DNA of 64,000 bases from the human T2T-CHM13v2.0 reference genome, Homo sapiens: NCBI RefSeq assembly GCF_009914755.1, contig NC_060932.1. One strand, given 5' to 3'. This document shows positions 28,158-41,214 of the stretch, piece by piece. Every line of letters starts with the position of its first letter. The stretch's first letter is position 1. Below the pieces are notes generated by a model. That model saw nothing but the letters and a program-made list of their open reading frames with translations, ran no database searches and was not told where the DNA came from. The position numbers and the translations under genes were made by a program.

Positions 28158-31100
28158 CTCAAGAAGCAGTGAATCAGATGCAAAACAAGAAATCTTTTGC
28201 CTTTCCTTTCAAAGATATTTCATCCTCGGACTTCTGAGGGTAGGGATAACTGTGCCCCCACCCTCATCACTCTCAGGCCTTGAGGACTTTTTCATGGCCT
28301 TTTCCTTACTTTTTCATGGCCTTTTCCTTACTTTTTCAGGCCAGATGGGCGAGCAGCAGCTCCTTGCTCCCCCTCCGCTCCATGCCCAGGCTGGAACACG
28401 TGGCCCAAGGTTCCTGCATAGCTGGGTGGCTGACTCTCAGCCATGTGCTGCCCAATCCTTCCCCTTCCACAGCCAAGAGGTTCAGCTCCATCAGACAGTA
28501 ATTAGGCTTTTCTCCTGGTGGAGGAACAAGTTGTGTAAAAATAAAATAAGAGACTCTTCCCCACGCATTTTAAAACTATTTCCTTTCTTATTTTTCTCCA
28601 CCCCATCAGCAGTTAACTTTTAAACAAGGTTTTTACTTTTGGAAGATGTTTTACTAGGTCAGGAATGATAAGAACCACTGTTTATATTCTCTGTAAAGTT
28701 TTAATTGTGAGAAAGGATTTGTGAGGCTGATATTAAGCTGTAGCCAATCTGGTGTGCTTTGCATGTCTGTACGGTTCATAGTAAACTTCCCTGCAAGCCT
28801 CCATCTTGTTTTACATCCTAGGGGCATGGCTTGTAACTCCAGTGGCAGGGCTTTCTTTAGCAATCCTGCCTTAGCCAATAAGTTCCTTTCTGGTTTGATA
28901 TCTACATCTTTTTCCAGCCCTGTCTCTTAAAGAACTCCACCTGGGGACTGGGTTTTCTCCTGCCTATCTGTGTAGTTATATGTGTATGTGTGTGATGTCT
29001 GTAAAAGGAGCTCTAATTAATTTGGCCTAAAGAAAGACAGGTGATTAGATCAAATATCTTTTAAAGGGAAGATAAAAGCTGTGGTACCTTTCATTTCACA
29101 TGGCTTTAACCTTTGAGATATAAAAACAGTCTTATAGATTATTGGTAAAATGCAGGTGTCATTAAAATTTAAATAGGTGAAATAAGTTATGCAGGTCAGA
29201 TGCAAGGTTTGCTAAATGTTTCAAGGTTATAAACTGCTTTTTGGGTTTTGAGAACTATCTGTTTTGCCTGCTTCACAATTGGTAAGGCCTGGGGACATAT
29301 GGAACAAACCATGTCCTTAATTATGCTGGGAGACAAACTTTGGTGGAACTTAGCCCACAGTTAAAGCAACTTACAGGTGTTTCATTAAAGGTAAAAGTTG
29401 CTAGGAGTTACCATTATAACAAGTAATTGAAACTACTGAAAATAGATTTACATGTGAGGTGTAAAAACACTAAAATGTGCTTTATGGAAAGGTTCTTAAA
29501 AGGCATGGAAATGTAAACTTTTTGCCTAGGGTTAAATAATTGTTTTAAATTAGATAAGAAACAGCTGAAGGTTTAAACATGTCGTAGAAAGATTGTGGAA
29601 ATTAATCTAGCAGAAGAGATTCTCTGAGTGAACTTTTGACTTAATTCAAAAAGTATATTTTATGGTTTTTAATGTAAATTGAGCATTAAAATAAAAGAAC
29701 AAGGTATTCTTAAGGCACTAATCTGCTCCTTAGGAAAATTTGTAAAGAGTTACAACAGGTTTTCGCTTCTTTAAAATTTCTGAGTCATCATTTTGGCAAA
29801 ATAAATAGCTTGTGGTAATCTAGAATTCTATTTCAGAATATCAAGTGTTTTAAACTTCAAACATATTTAACAGCCCTCTCAAAATCCTTCAGTTTCAAAT
29901 TTGACTTTCCTAATGCCTGTCTGTTTGGATGGTTCAGATGTCCTTGAAACATCCAGAAAATAGGTAAACAGAATTATTTAACATGTCTAGGTGCGTGGGA
30001 TTGCCAAAATGGTATTCAATCTTCTTTAGGTTATATTTTGGTGAATGTTAACATATGTTTCCAAATTGTATGGGATTTCTAAAATTCTAATATCTGAGTA
30101 TGTGCTACCAATCATAATTAAGGTTTTATGTTAAGTTATTGTAATCCATGGAGATAAACAAGCTTCTTTGTCAATTGTGTTTCCAACTGTATCTATCCTG
30201 GACATTTTGCTATTTACAAACAATTGTTGTCTTGTCTTAATCCTTTTCAAAAGATGGTTTATAATAAGCTATAAGACTCTGATAGGTGCTCTCAAATAGT
30301 TATCAAAGTTTCTGATAACCTTGGAGAGTGTGACAATGGAATAAAGGCAAATTACAAGACTCATGAAGAGCTAAAATGTTCATGGATATTAAGAAAGTCA
30401 AGAGTTAACTGAATGGATTGAACTCAGAAAGCTGAAGCAACCTTTTTACCTTTGCTTGAAATATTGCTGATCCTTGTTTTGTTTTAGAGAGTCAAAGAAA
30501 CTTATTTTTAACTATTTAGGCCTTTAATAATTAAGCAAGGTATATTCTTGTGATCAAATTTTGGAGCATGTTTGTTTCTCTCTGCCTGGTTCCTCCAGAA
30601 TTTGGAAACTCTCTCTGAGTATTCTTAACTTATGGCAATATAGTTGTTTGCATCAGTGCAATTAGAATCCATCTTTCTTTTGCCACAGGACTCAATTGGT
30701 AAAACTGGTTATTTCATCAAGGCTTTGACTGGAAAGGTATGCTTCTCTTTAAGGAGTTGACCTCAAATTGCAGAGTCAATAAAGGCCCTGTGGGAGAAAG
30801 TGGCCTCATGCCCTTGCCTACACAGTCCATTTACAGGGTTCCTGACCTGTAGTCAGTGAAGAATGTCACTTTCTAACAGCTCCAGGCACTCCAAGTTTAT
30901 CTTGTGACTTTAAGAGGAGAGGATCACCCAACTCACAGGAATTTGAGGATACAAACTCATGGCTGTGCTTGGCTTTAAAAGGTCTTATCTGAGATTCCTT
31001 AGGGAACAGAGTTCCATCAAATCTAATCCAAAAGGCCTATGTAGAAATAATTATTCTTGCTGCATTTTAGGCAAACAATCAGGCCAAGTATAAGATTAAA

Positions 31101-32706
31101 TTCTATTTTGCAAACCACTCAGTTCTATGTTTATTTGGTTTTTTTTTTAACAAAAATGAGGACTGGGGAGAAATAAATTATGTTTCAAATTTTAGCATAC
31201 ATTTGTCATTAAATTCTAAACTCATTAGTTGTTTTTAAATTTTCACATACATTTTTAAACTAATCCTGCTTGTTCCTGTGAACCAATCAGCAATCTCTGG
31301 CTGCAGCTCAAAAAGAACAAGATGAATGGCTAATGTAAAAAACTGGGTCAATAATCTAGTTCTAAGCAATTATTCTGCAAATCTTGCCAGGTGATGGGAA
31401 TAAATAGAATGCCCATCACTTGGAGGTTTCCTTTGAGAAAGTAAGACCAAGGGAGGTAACCAAAGCCAAGCACCAGGCACCCAAATCCTAGCACGCATAA
31501 CTATAGCAACACATTTTGTGGGTGTGTAACAAGACATCCTTTTCTCTCCCTTGTTGGAGGAGGACTCAGTTCCACAGTTTCACTTCAACATTCAGCTTAT
31601 GATAAGGAGTCCATGCTACCCCTCTGAGGCACATTTTTGTCCTAAACTCAATTTCAGTCTTCAAGTCAAAGCCCTTGGAAGGAATACTGGATCGGAGGGA
31701 TCAAGACAAAGACAATAATGGAAGTTAAAAGGCACAGGGCAGGTGAGTGTGGCTGATTCCTACCAATTAAGCCAAGCCTCCCATTTCATGGATAAAGGCC
31801 ATGTTAGTATCCACAACACAAATGAGGTCTAGGGAATTCAAGGCTACTGACAGGAGATGGGAAAGAGACATAGGTGACAGTGGATAATTCCTATTCTCTA
31901 GGACCTCCCTGCTTCATGGGTGCAAGCTGCTTTGGCACTCATGACAGCACCTGCCAAGGTTGCCAGGACTCAGGAATACAGGCACGGAAGAAGGAAAGAG
32001 GATGCTCTTCCTTCTGTTCCTCATGTACCCTGGGTATCTGCTAGGAACAGAAGGGAGCCAGGGATGCCTGCGTCTTTCTAGATGGGTAACCATTCATCTT
32101 CAGCCTGTATCCCTTTCAAATGCATACTGAACCCCTGGGACTCCATTGAAAAAAAAAAAACACCTTCCTTTTCCCCCCTCTCCTTCTCTGTCTTCTCTTC
32201 ACAGATAAGTAATTGTGTCTCTGTACTATGGAACACTCTCCTCAGATGCATCCTCCAAACTGAGAAAAGTTAATTTTCCAAATCTTAAACTGGTTGGCTT
32301 AGTATTGGGCTTAGGGGAAGGGAACCCAGAAATAAGACATTCCAGCAAAGGGATGAAGTTTTTTTACCAGTTGAGCTTTTGGCCTCCCTCTCCCTGTGCA
32401 AACTGGCAAAACGCCTTGGGATTTTTGAGCTCCCCTTACTCCTCCCCTTGTTTCATTTTGATATATATCTTCTAATAACCAGGTTTGTCTCTTCTTGCCT
32501 GCAGGCCATCAAACTCAAAATCGTCTTGCAACCAGAGCCTTGGAGGATGGCCCCTTTTTTCTGAGAACTCTTAGATAGCCCTCTGAGGGAGCTCTGACTG
32601 CCATTTTCCCCCAAACAGCGCCCCCTGTCAGCAGGAAGCAGTAAAAATTTGTCTTCATCCTTATCCTTATTCTAACAGCAGTACATGTACTTTTTAGAAG
32701 GGAGAA

Positions 32707-33051
32707 TGAGACAACCTGGAGGGAAGGGGTCCCAAGAGAAACTCAGGCTGGCCTGGGCACACAGGGAGGAGTGTGCACTGGGATAGATCCACAGAAGTTC
32801 TCACTGTTTGCAGAGGGGAGGAGCCTGGCCCCTCTTCTTCCTGGGTGGAACCTGGAATTCAAACTTCGAGGTGGCAAGCACACTAGCAGGGACTCTGGCT
32901 TTGAGGAGGGTCCTTGTTTCCCTTTTTTTCCCCCTTTTCAGCCAACAAAACCTTGCCTTACTCACCCTTCAAAACGTCTATGAGCCTAAATTTTTATGGC
33001 CATGTGACAAGGTCCTCATATTTAGTTGAACTAAGGAAAAGTCCTGCAACA
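32707..33051 (+). repeat. 3' LTR (MER61-type), preceded by polypurine tract 32696-32706
   Basis: AGAAGGGAGAA|TGAGACAACC...AAGGAAAAGTCCTGCAACA; homologous to 27793-28135. Confidence 0.88.
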
Positions 33052-33616
33052 AATTGATATAGTCATATAATTTTTCTTCTTTAGTCAACTTATATGGTGG
33101 ATTGCATTGATCAATTTCAAATATTAAACCAGTCTTCTATATCTGGAATAAAGCCCAGTTAATCATGGTATATAGTTATTTTTATATATTGTTGAATTCT
33201 GTTTGATAATATTTTGTTGAATAATTTCGTGTCTCTACTCATGAGAGATTTGCCTATTGCTTTCCTTTTCTGTACTATCATTTTGGCAGAGTGGGTTTAT
33301 ATTAGAAGATAACTAAGCTTACATAATAATTTGGTCAACGCTTCCCTCTTTTATGCTAGTAAGAGATTGTGTAAAATTTTTGTTAATTCTTTTTTAAAAA
33401 ATTTGTTTTTATTCTTTAATGAAATCATCTGAACCTGAAAATTTCTTTTCAAAGAGTTTATGATTTTTTTCTTAATATAGAGCTATCCAAATGATCCATT
33501 TAATATTAGACATATTGAAGTAATTTGTTACTTTTCAGGAAATTTAGTTTATCTAAATTATCAAATATGTGTGTTTAGTTTATGTATTTACAGTTGTTTA
33601 TATCATATTTTCCTTT

Positions 33617-33880
33617 TCCAACCTTTTTTAGAATAAGGGGGTACATGTGCAGGTTTGTTATAAAGGCATATTGTGTGATACTAAGGTTTGGAATATGATT
33701 GAAACCATCACCTAGGTAGTGAGCATCGTATCAATACATCATTTTTCAGACCTTCCCCCTTCCCTCTCCCTCTTTCTATTAGTCACCAATGTCTATTGTT
33801 CCTATCTTTATGTCCTTGGGTATCCTGATCTTCCACAAACTTGACAAAAAATACAATTGGGAAAGACTCCTTATTCATAT
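33617..33880 (-). mobile_element. Short L1PA15/16-like 3' end with an inverted ORF2 piece
   Basis: GGGGTACATGTGCAGGTTTGTTA...CACCTAGGTAGTGAGCAT (antisense 3'UTR), then sense CTGATCTTCCACAAACTTGACAAAAA; TSD 33603-33616 / 33881-33894. Confidence 0.7.
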
Positions 33881-33920
33881 TCATATTATCCTTTCGATAT
33901 CTGTGGGGTCTGTAGTGGTG

Positions 33921-34193
33921 CCCACGCTGGAGTGCAATGGTGCAATCAAAGTTCACTATAGCCTCAACCTTCCAAGCTCAAGGATTGTCTCACCTCAGCC
34001 TTTCAAGTAGTTGGCACTACAGGCACACAACACAATTCCCAGCAATTTTTTTTTGTTTATTTTAGAAGTTTATTTTTGTACAGATGAGGTCTCACTATGT
34101 TGCCCAGGCTGGTCTCAAACTCCTAGCAATCGATTCTCCCACCTCAGCCTCCCAAAATATTGGGATTACAGGTGTGAGACCCAATGCCCGGCC
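33921..34193 (-). mobile_element. AluJ
   Basis: GCTGGAGTGCAATGGTGCAATC...GAGGTCTCACTATGTTGCCCAGGCTGG...GCCCGGCC. Confidence 0.88.
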
Positions 34194-36014
34194 TTTATCA
34201 ATTTTTTCTGATACCCTTGAGACATCACCTTTTCCTCATGGATTATGTAGAAGTGTGTTGTTTTGTTTCAAACTGTTTAGAAATTTTCCTGGCATCTTTT
34301 TTCATTGCTGATGTCTAGTTTGATTCCACTGTGGTCAGAGAACACATTCTGTATGATTCAATTTATTGAAGTTTTTTACGGCCCAGAATATGATATATTT
34401 TGATATGTATTCTATTAGTTCCATACATTTGATATGTATTCCATTTGTCCATGCAAATTACAGTGCTATCATGTATTGCTTTACAAATAGTTCAGCTTTA
34501 TTTATTTGTTTGTTTATTTATTTATTTTGGTGTCTAAACATTTATCATGGATATATCTTTTTGGTGGGTTGATGTTCTTATGATTATATGATACTTATGT
34601 CTATCCTTAATAAATTCTTAACCTGAATCCTACTTTATTTGATATTATTATATTCAATCCTACTTTCTTTTACTTAATATTTCTGTGGCATATTTTTCCC
34701 ATAGTTTTACTTTCAATTTGTCTATATTAATTTATTTGGAATGAGTTTCTTCCAGATGGTTGAGGGTTGAGTCACCTTTTCTATAAATTCTAATATATCA
34801 ATATCTGTTTTTTAATTGGTGTGTTTAGATGATTTATTTACAATGTAGCTTGTCATATGTTGGAGCTTAAGTCTGTCAATCTTTTGTTGCTTTTTGTTTC
34901 CTCTTTGTCACTTCTTTGTGTTTTTTTCTATTTTTTTTTTTATCTTTCTTACGTTCCTGTAAGTAACGTTATCATTTATTTTAGAATTCCATTTGGATTT
35001 ACCAATAATGTTTTTGGGTGTAAATATTTGCATTACTTTTTTTTTGTTGAGTTCAAGTAAAATGTAGACATTTTATTTTCCTTTATATTTCTCTACCCAC
35101 CTCCCTTTCTAGTATAATTGTGTTGAGAACATCATCAGAGAGTGTTGTAATTTTTGCTTCTACCACATACATAATCTATGAAACTCAGACAAGAAGCTTA
35201 AGGCTACTGGGTGTGATCATTCCTTTCCTCTTCTGTTGTTCTTTCTTAAATCCTAATGTTCTAAGATTACTCAACTAGGATTTTTTTCCTGTGTAAAAAA
35301 CTGCCTTTAGCAATTTTTTTCCAGGTAAGTATGCTGCCCATAAATTTTCTCAGATTTCCATCATTTGAGAATGTGTTGATTTCTGTATTATACTTGAATG
35401 ATATTTTCATTGGATGTAGTTTTGTGAGTGGACAGTTCTTTTCTTTCTTGAAAAATGTGCTGCTTCCTTCTGGTGACTATAGTTTATAAAGTGAAATGTG
35501 TCATTGTTTTTTTCTCACTCTGTGTAAATGTCTCTTTCTAAATGTCCTTTCTTTCTCACTGCATTCAAGCTTTCTTTGTCTTTTATTTGACAATAAAAGT
35601 GTTTTGGTTTTGACAGTATGGCTGTGATATGTTTCTTCATGGATTTCACTGGCTTCACCCTGTTTGGAGTTCACTCAGACTGTTTAAATCTCTTGGCAGA
35701 TATGTTCTACAAATCTGGAGAGTTTTCAGCCATTACTTTTCGAAATACCTTTAAAAGTCCACCCAAGTTTTCCTTTCCTTCTGGGATGCCCACAACACAA
35801 ATGTTGTATTTTTTTCTTGTACACCCACAGCTCCCTGAAGCTATTGTTTCCAGTCTATTTTCCCTCTCTTGTTTAATCTTGCTAATTGCTATAGTCCTTT
35901 TTTTCACATTCATCAGTTCCTTTTATAGTGTTTAAATGTTTTCTATCTTGCTTGTTTGTTAATTTACTTGTCACACAACTAAATGAACATGGTGTTTTTG
36001 AGATCTTTGTTTGG

Positions 36015-36335
<321 letters not shown>

Positions 36336-37229
36336 TTAGACAGTACCTCGTCTGAGGTGTGTGTGAAGCAACAGGAAAACCCAGGGAACTTGCTACTCTC
36401 CTCTTTCTCAGGCCCTAGGTTTCCCTGCTGGTCTGTTTTGTTCTCTCCCTGCTTCATGTAGCCAAGAAACTTGCATTCACACCTGAACTATTTCACTTAT
36501 TCTTTGGTCAACCTTGTGGAAATAGATAGGCCATCCTCGTTTTTCTTACATAGATTGGCTAGGGTGTAGTTATCTGGATCAAATAATGAGATGTAATTCA
36601 CAGGTCATGGTGAGGGTGTTAAGAAGGAGAGGCATAAGGGAAAGTTCCTTGAAACCATGACATGTGAAAGAAAACCTGAAGAGTGAGCAGGGGGTATCCA
36701 TGCAGGTTGGTCAGTGTGTTTCCAGGTAGAGGCCAACCCCATTCCAAAGGTTCTAAGCAGGCAGGAGCATGAGGCAGCCGAGAGCTAAAAGTGTGGAGAG
36801 GTTGGAACCAAATGGACAAAGGAGCACTGCACAGAGGAACCTGGAGGGCTCAAATGAGCCATAGAAACTAAGGTCCATGCCAGCAGAGATGCCTGGGATG
36901 CTGGTGCTTCCCTGTGGCTGAACTTTTCTGAGTCATTATTAAACATATTTGCAGCAGGAGCCTCTGGGTATTATGTTCCAACTTATAAAGAGCATCTGCC
37001 CCCCAAAAGATAACCTTGCTTCCCACTGACATTGACATAGTTGTCACTGTGAGTGCCTGCGTATTAATCCATGAATCTGAGACATCAGCCATGACAAGCC
37101 ATGGTGTGAAGAAAGCTAACAGGAGAATCCACAAGGCCACACTCAGCAATATGACACCACAGCCCCTTGGACTCGAATGCAGAGGAGCGGCATTATTACC
37201 TGCCTTTTGTGTATTATCAGTTGTACTTG

Positions 37230-37665
37230 GATAACACTCAGCCATAAAAAGGAATGAAGCACTGATCCACACTACAACATGCGTTACCCTGAGAACATTT
37301 TCCTAAGTGAAAGAAGCTAGGCACAAAGTTTCATTCTGCTTAAATAAAATCTTTGAAACATTAGGTTCGTGCAAAGTAATTGTGGCTTTTGCCATTACTT
37401 TCACCAATTACTTTTGCACCAACCTATAGATAAATCCACAGAAAGAACAGACACTGATGTTTGTCAGGAGCTAGCAGAGGAGGAGGAATAGGGAAATTCT
37501 GACTAATGGGTGAGAGGTTTTACACTGGAATGATGAAAATTTTTTGGGACTAGATAGAGGGGGTAATTGCACAAGACTGTGGGCATACTAAATGCTACTG
37601 AGTTGTTCACTTTACAATAGCAAGTTTTATGTTGTGTGAATTTCATCTCAATAAATCATTTTTAA
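37230..37665 (+). mobile_element. L1MB-like 3' end
   Basis: CAGCCATAAAAAGGAATGAAGCACTGAT...GTGAATTTCATCTCAATAAA. Confidence 0.75.
37361..37426. mobile_element. MADE1 (Hsmar1 mariner MITE), internally deleted
   Basis: TTAGGTTCGTGCAAAGTAATTG...CAATTACTTTTGCACCAACCTA inverted repeats; CA/TA flanks. Confidence 0.88.
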
Positions 37666-38033
37666 ATGAAGTAATTGATTATCATTTAAACTTTCTGTAC
37701 ACAATTATATAATAGTAAGTTCTAAATAATTAGCATACAGTAGAGTTTTAGAACAGGACTCAACCATGAAGATGCTATAATTAAGACTAATATTTACCCA
37801 GGGGAATACAAGACGGCAAAGATGTCTGGAGATGATGCAAAAAGTGAGCATGGCTGGGACTATTCATTGCGGAAGTTACCAACTGTCCAAAGATACAGGT
37901 CAGCTGAGCGCATCTGGGGATGCACACAATGGGCTCCAGTGGTACTCCATGAGCCCTGTGCAGAGGAAAGAAGAAACACATAGAATAGTAGGTATAAAAA
38001 TACATCATGATATACATATTATAAGATTAAAGA

Positions 38034-38350
38034 GGCCGGATACGGTTGCTCACGCCTGTAATCCCAGCACTTTGGGAAGCCGAGGCAGATGGATCGCCCC
38101 GAGCTCAGGAGTTTGAGACCATCCTGACCAACATGGTGAAACCCTGTCTCTACTAAAAATAGAACAATTAGCCGGGCATGATGGTGCGTGCCTGTAATCC
38201 CAGCTACTCAGGAGGCTGAGACGGGAGAATCACTTGAACCCAGGAGACGGAGGTTGCAGTGAGCCAAGATCATGCCATTGCACTACAGCCTGGGCCTTGT
38301 GCAGTGAGACTCTGTCTCAAAAAACAAAAAAACAAACAACAACAGCAAAA
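38034..38350 (+). mobile_element. AluS
   Basis: Full dimer with A/C-rich tail; TSD AAGATTAAAGA at 38023-38033 and 38351-38361. Confidence 0.93.
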
Positions 38351-38619
38351 AAGATTAAAGAAATAATTCTGTGTTATGATACTTGAAAGCTTAGAGAAAG
38401 TAGATAGTCTATTAAAATATAGACATGGTAAAAGTGACCTCAAGCATAACTGGAAAATATTTAACCTTTAAAGAACAGATAATTTTAAAATGACAAATCA
38501 TTCCAGGCCATTTTAAAAAATAGATACTTTTAATATAATTAGGGAGGCCATCATAATTAAATACCACGACCATATTACATAAAGGTGCTGAAACTAACAA
38601 ATCACATAGGAAAGGTTAT

Positions 38620-39109
38620 TGTATTAAGCAGGCTTCTCGAGAAAAACAGAAATGCAAAGAAATCTATCTATCCACCTCTCTCTCTCTATGTCTCAAAAAT
38701 TTTATTGTAATGGTTTGGTTTATGCTATTATGGAGGCTGAGAAGTTTTAAGATCAGCCATCTGCAAGCTGGAGACACAGGAAAGCTGGTGGTATAAATTC
38801 CAGTGTGAGTTTGAAGGCCTGAGAACCAGGAACACCAATGGTGTTAGTCCTAGTCCAAGGGCAGAATAAGACTGATGTCTCAGCTGAAGGAGATAGAAAG
38901 AATTCAACCTTCCTCCACGTTTTCATTCTTTTAGGGTCTTCCGTGGGTTGAATGATGCCCACCTACACTGGGAAGGGCAATTGCTTCACTCAGCCCACCA
39001 ATTCAAATGCCAATCTCTTCCACAAATTCATCACAGACACAGAAACAATATTTAACCATATATCTGGGCATCCCAGGGCTGAAGTTTACACATAAAATTA
39101 ACCATCACA
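38620..39109 (-). mobile_element. MLT2B-like ERVL solo LTR
   Basis: Ends CATAAAATTAACCATCACA (minus strand TGTGATGGTTAATTTTATG); TGGAGGCTGAGAAG, CTGCAAGCTGGAGA. Confidence 0.8.
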
Positions 39110-40394
39110 GGCACAAATAAAAAAGATGATGGCAGTTAAAATACAGAAATAATGGAAAAATTAAGGTTGTTAATATCATAAAATATTATTAAGTATTAAA
39201 AAATGAGTTAGATTTGCACCAGCTGATTGAAGGGCTTTCTAAAGAGTGTTTTTTAACAAGTGCAATATGTAGCAACATTTACATAATAGGATCCCATTTT
39301 TATCAAATAATTTTATGTGGTATGTGTGTCAGGACATGCATGCAAACACACATATGTTTTCTCCTGTTTATTTGAGAGTGCAGAAAGCTATGCAAGATAA
39401 TATGGTTTATGTGGGATTCAATTAATAAGGGTCAGGAAAATGTCTGTAGCGTGAGTACCTATGTTTTTAACACACATTTATCTCCTATGATTATTGCTGG
39501 GTTTATAGATGTTTTAGATTAGAAAGAGCAAAGGATTATGAGTTTGGCAGCTCTGAGTTCAAATATAAATTCCTCCATATATTAAAACTTTGACTTTGTG
39601 TATCTTATCTGGCTCTAGCTCCTCCAAAATTTGTTGCCATTGTTTATGTGTCAGGAATAATATTTTCCTGTTGGTATTGTTTGGAGATTAAGAAAATTAA
39701 TTAAATCAAACTCTGTGATGCAAATTATTTATTTAGTATCAGGTCTTTTCCCAATCTCTGGGACCAAAGTTTTATACATAAAATTAAGAGAGAAAAGCAA
39801 GCAAACATATGTGTCACGTATTATAAAAGATTCAGTGTAATTGTGGTAAATGACAAATTTAATTCTTGTTTGAATAAGAATGTATCTACTGTGTGTAAAT
39901 ATGATTTGTGTTTCAAAAGAAGAGCATAGTTACATCTTTAGGTCATAGAAGTAAATGTCTTTATAAAAGTAAATGTCTTTACAAATGACAAGAGGAAATG
40001 GAGTTGAATGCACATTCATCATTCAAGTCAGCAATTAATGCGACCGGGTAGCAGGACATGGCATTGAGTCAGTCCAGCTTGCCACTACAGCTGTAAGGGA
40101 AACACAGCTTCTATTTTTGGCAAAAAGATAAGACTCTTACACAAAATTAAAATGTTTGTATGCCTGCGTGACATGTCTACAAATGTCCATAGACATCTTA
40201 AAAAAAAAGCCTAATTAGCAGTTTTCTGTTTTATTTTCATTACATTCTTCTACGTAATTATAAGCTGTAATTACAATAATCCTAACCTCAAAACCCAATG
40301 TATGTTGGGTCTATTTCATAATAAAATGTGTCACATAAGAATAATATATTAATGTTATGTATATTATATTATTTTTATTATATGTTACAATAAA

Positions 40395-40541
40395 TGCAGA
40401 CAAGCCTCAGAAAAAACCAACCCTGTTGACACCCTGGTCTCATAGTTGTAGCCTCCATAATTGTAAGAAAGTATATTTCTGTTGTTTAAACCACCCAGCA
40501 TGTGGTACTTTGTTATTGGAGCCCTACCAAATGAATATACC
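40395..40541 (+). mobile_element. MLT1 (MaLR) LTR 3' fragment
   Basis: TTTCTGTTGTTTAAACCACCCAGCATGTGGTACTTTGTTA. Confidence 0.7.
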
Positions 40542-40565
40542 AAGCCACATAACAATGGTCAAACT

Positions 40566-40864
40566 GGCTGGGCACGGTGGTTCACACCTGTAATCCCAGC
40601 ACTTTGGGAGGCAGAGGTGGGTGGATCGCCTGAGGTCAGGAGTTCAAGACTAGCCTGACCAATATGGTGAAACCCTGTCTCTACTAGAAACACAAAAATT
40701 AACTGGGTGTGGTGGTGCATGCCTGTGATCTCAGCTGCTTGGGAGGCTGAGACAGGAGAATTGCTGGAACCCAAGAGGTAGAGGTTGCAGCAATCTGAGA
40801 CCGCACCACTGCACTCCAGCCTGGGCAACAGAGCAAAATTTTGCCTCAAAAAAAAAAAAAAAAA
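40566..40864 (+). mobile_element. AluS
   Basis: Full dimer with A tail; TSD ATGGTCAA(A/T)CT at 40555-40565 and 40866-40876. Confidence 0.93.
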
Positions 40865-41214
40865 GATGGTCAATCTCATATAGACATAATTTGCCTACGT
40901 ATTTCAATTAGGAAAGGGTGGATTTTTTTAAACCATTGGTGCTAGAAGAACTAGACATGCATTTAGAAAAAAATGAAGCTTAATAAGCAAGTCGTGACAT
41001 ACATAAACATTGTCTAAATTGATAATGAACTTAAATGTAAACACTAAAACAATAAAAATTATAGAATAAAACACAGGAGAAACATTTCACAGCCTTTCTG
41101 TAAGCAATAATTTATTAGTACACAAAATCTTGAACCATAAAAAATCCATTAATAACTTATTTGCATTTCTTTTTTCTATCATTGTATGCAAATCCTGATT
41201 ATATGAGGCAGTGA

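Larger units (their letters stand above)
27793..33051 (+). mobile_element. Non-autonomous ERV1 provirus (MER61-type LTRs plus internal region)
   Basis: Two TG...CA LTRs, PBS, PPT, gag-start and env-tail remnants; no long ORF; decayed 4-bp TSD AGCT/AATT. Confidence 0.88.
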
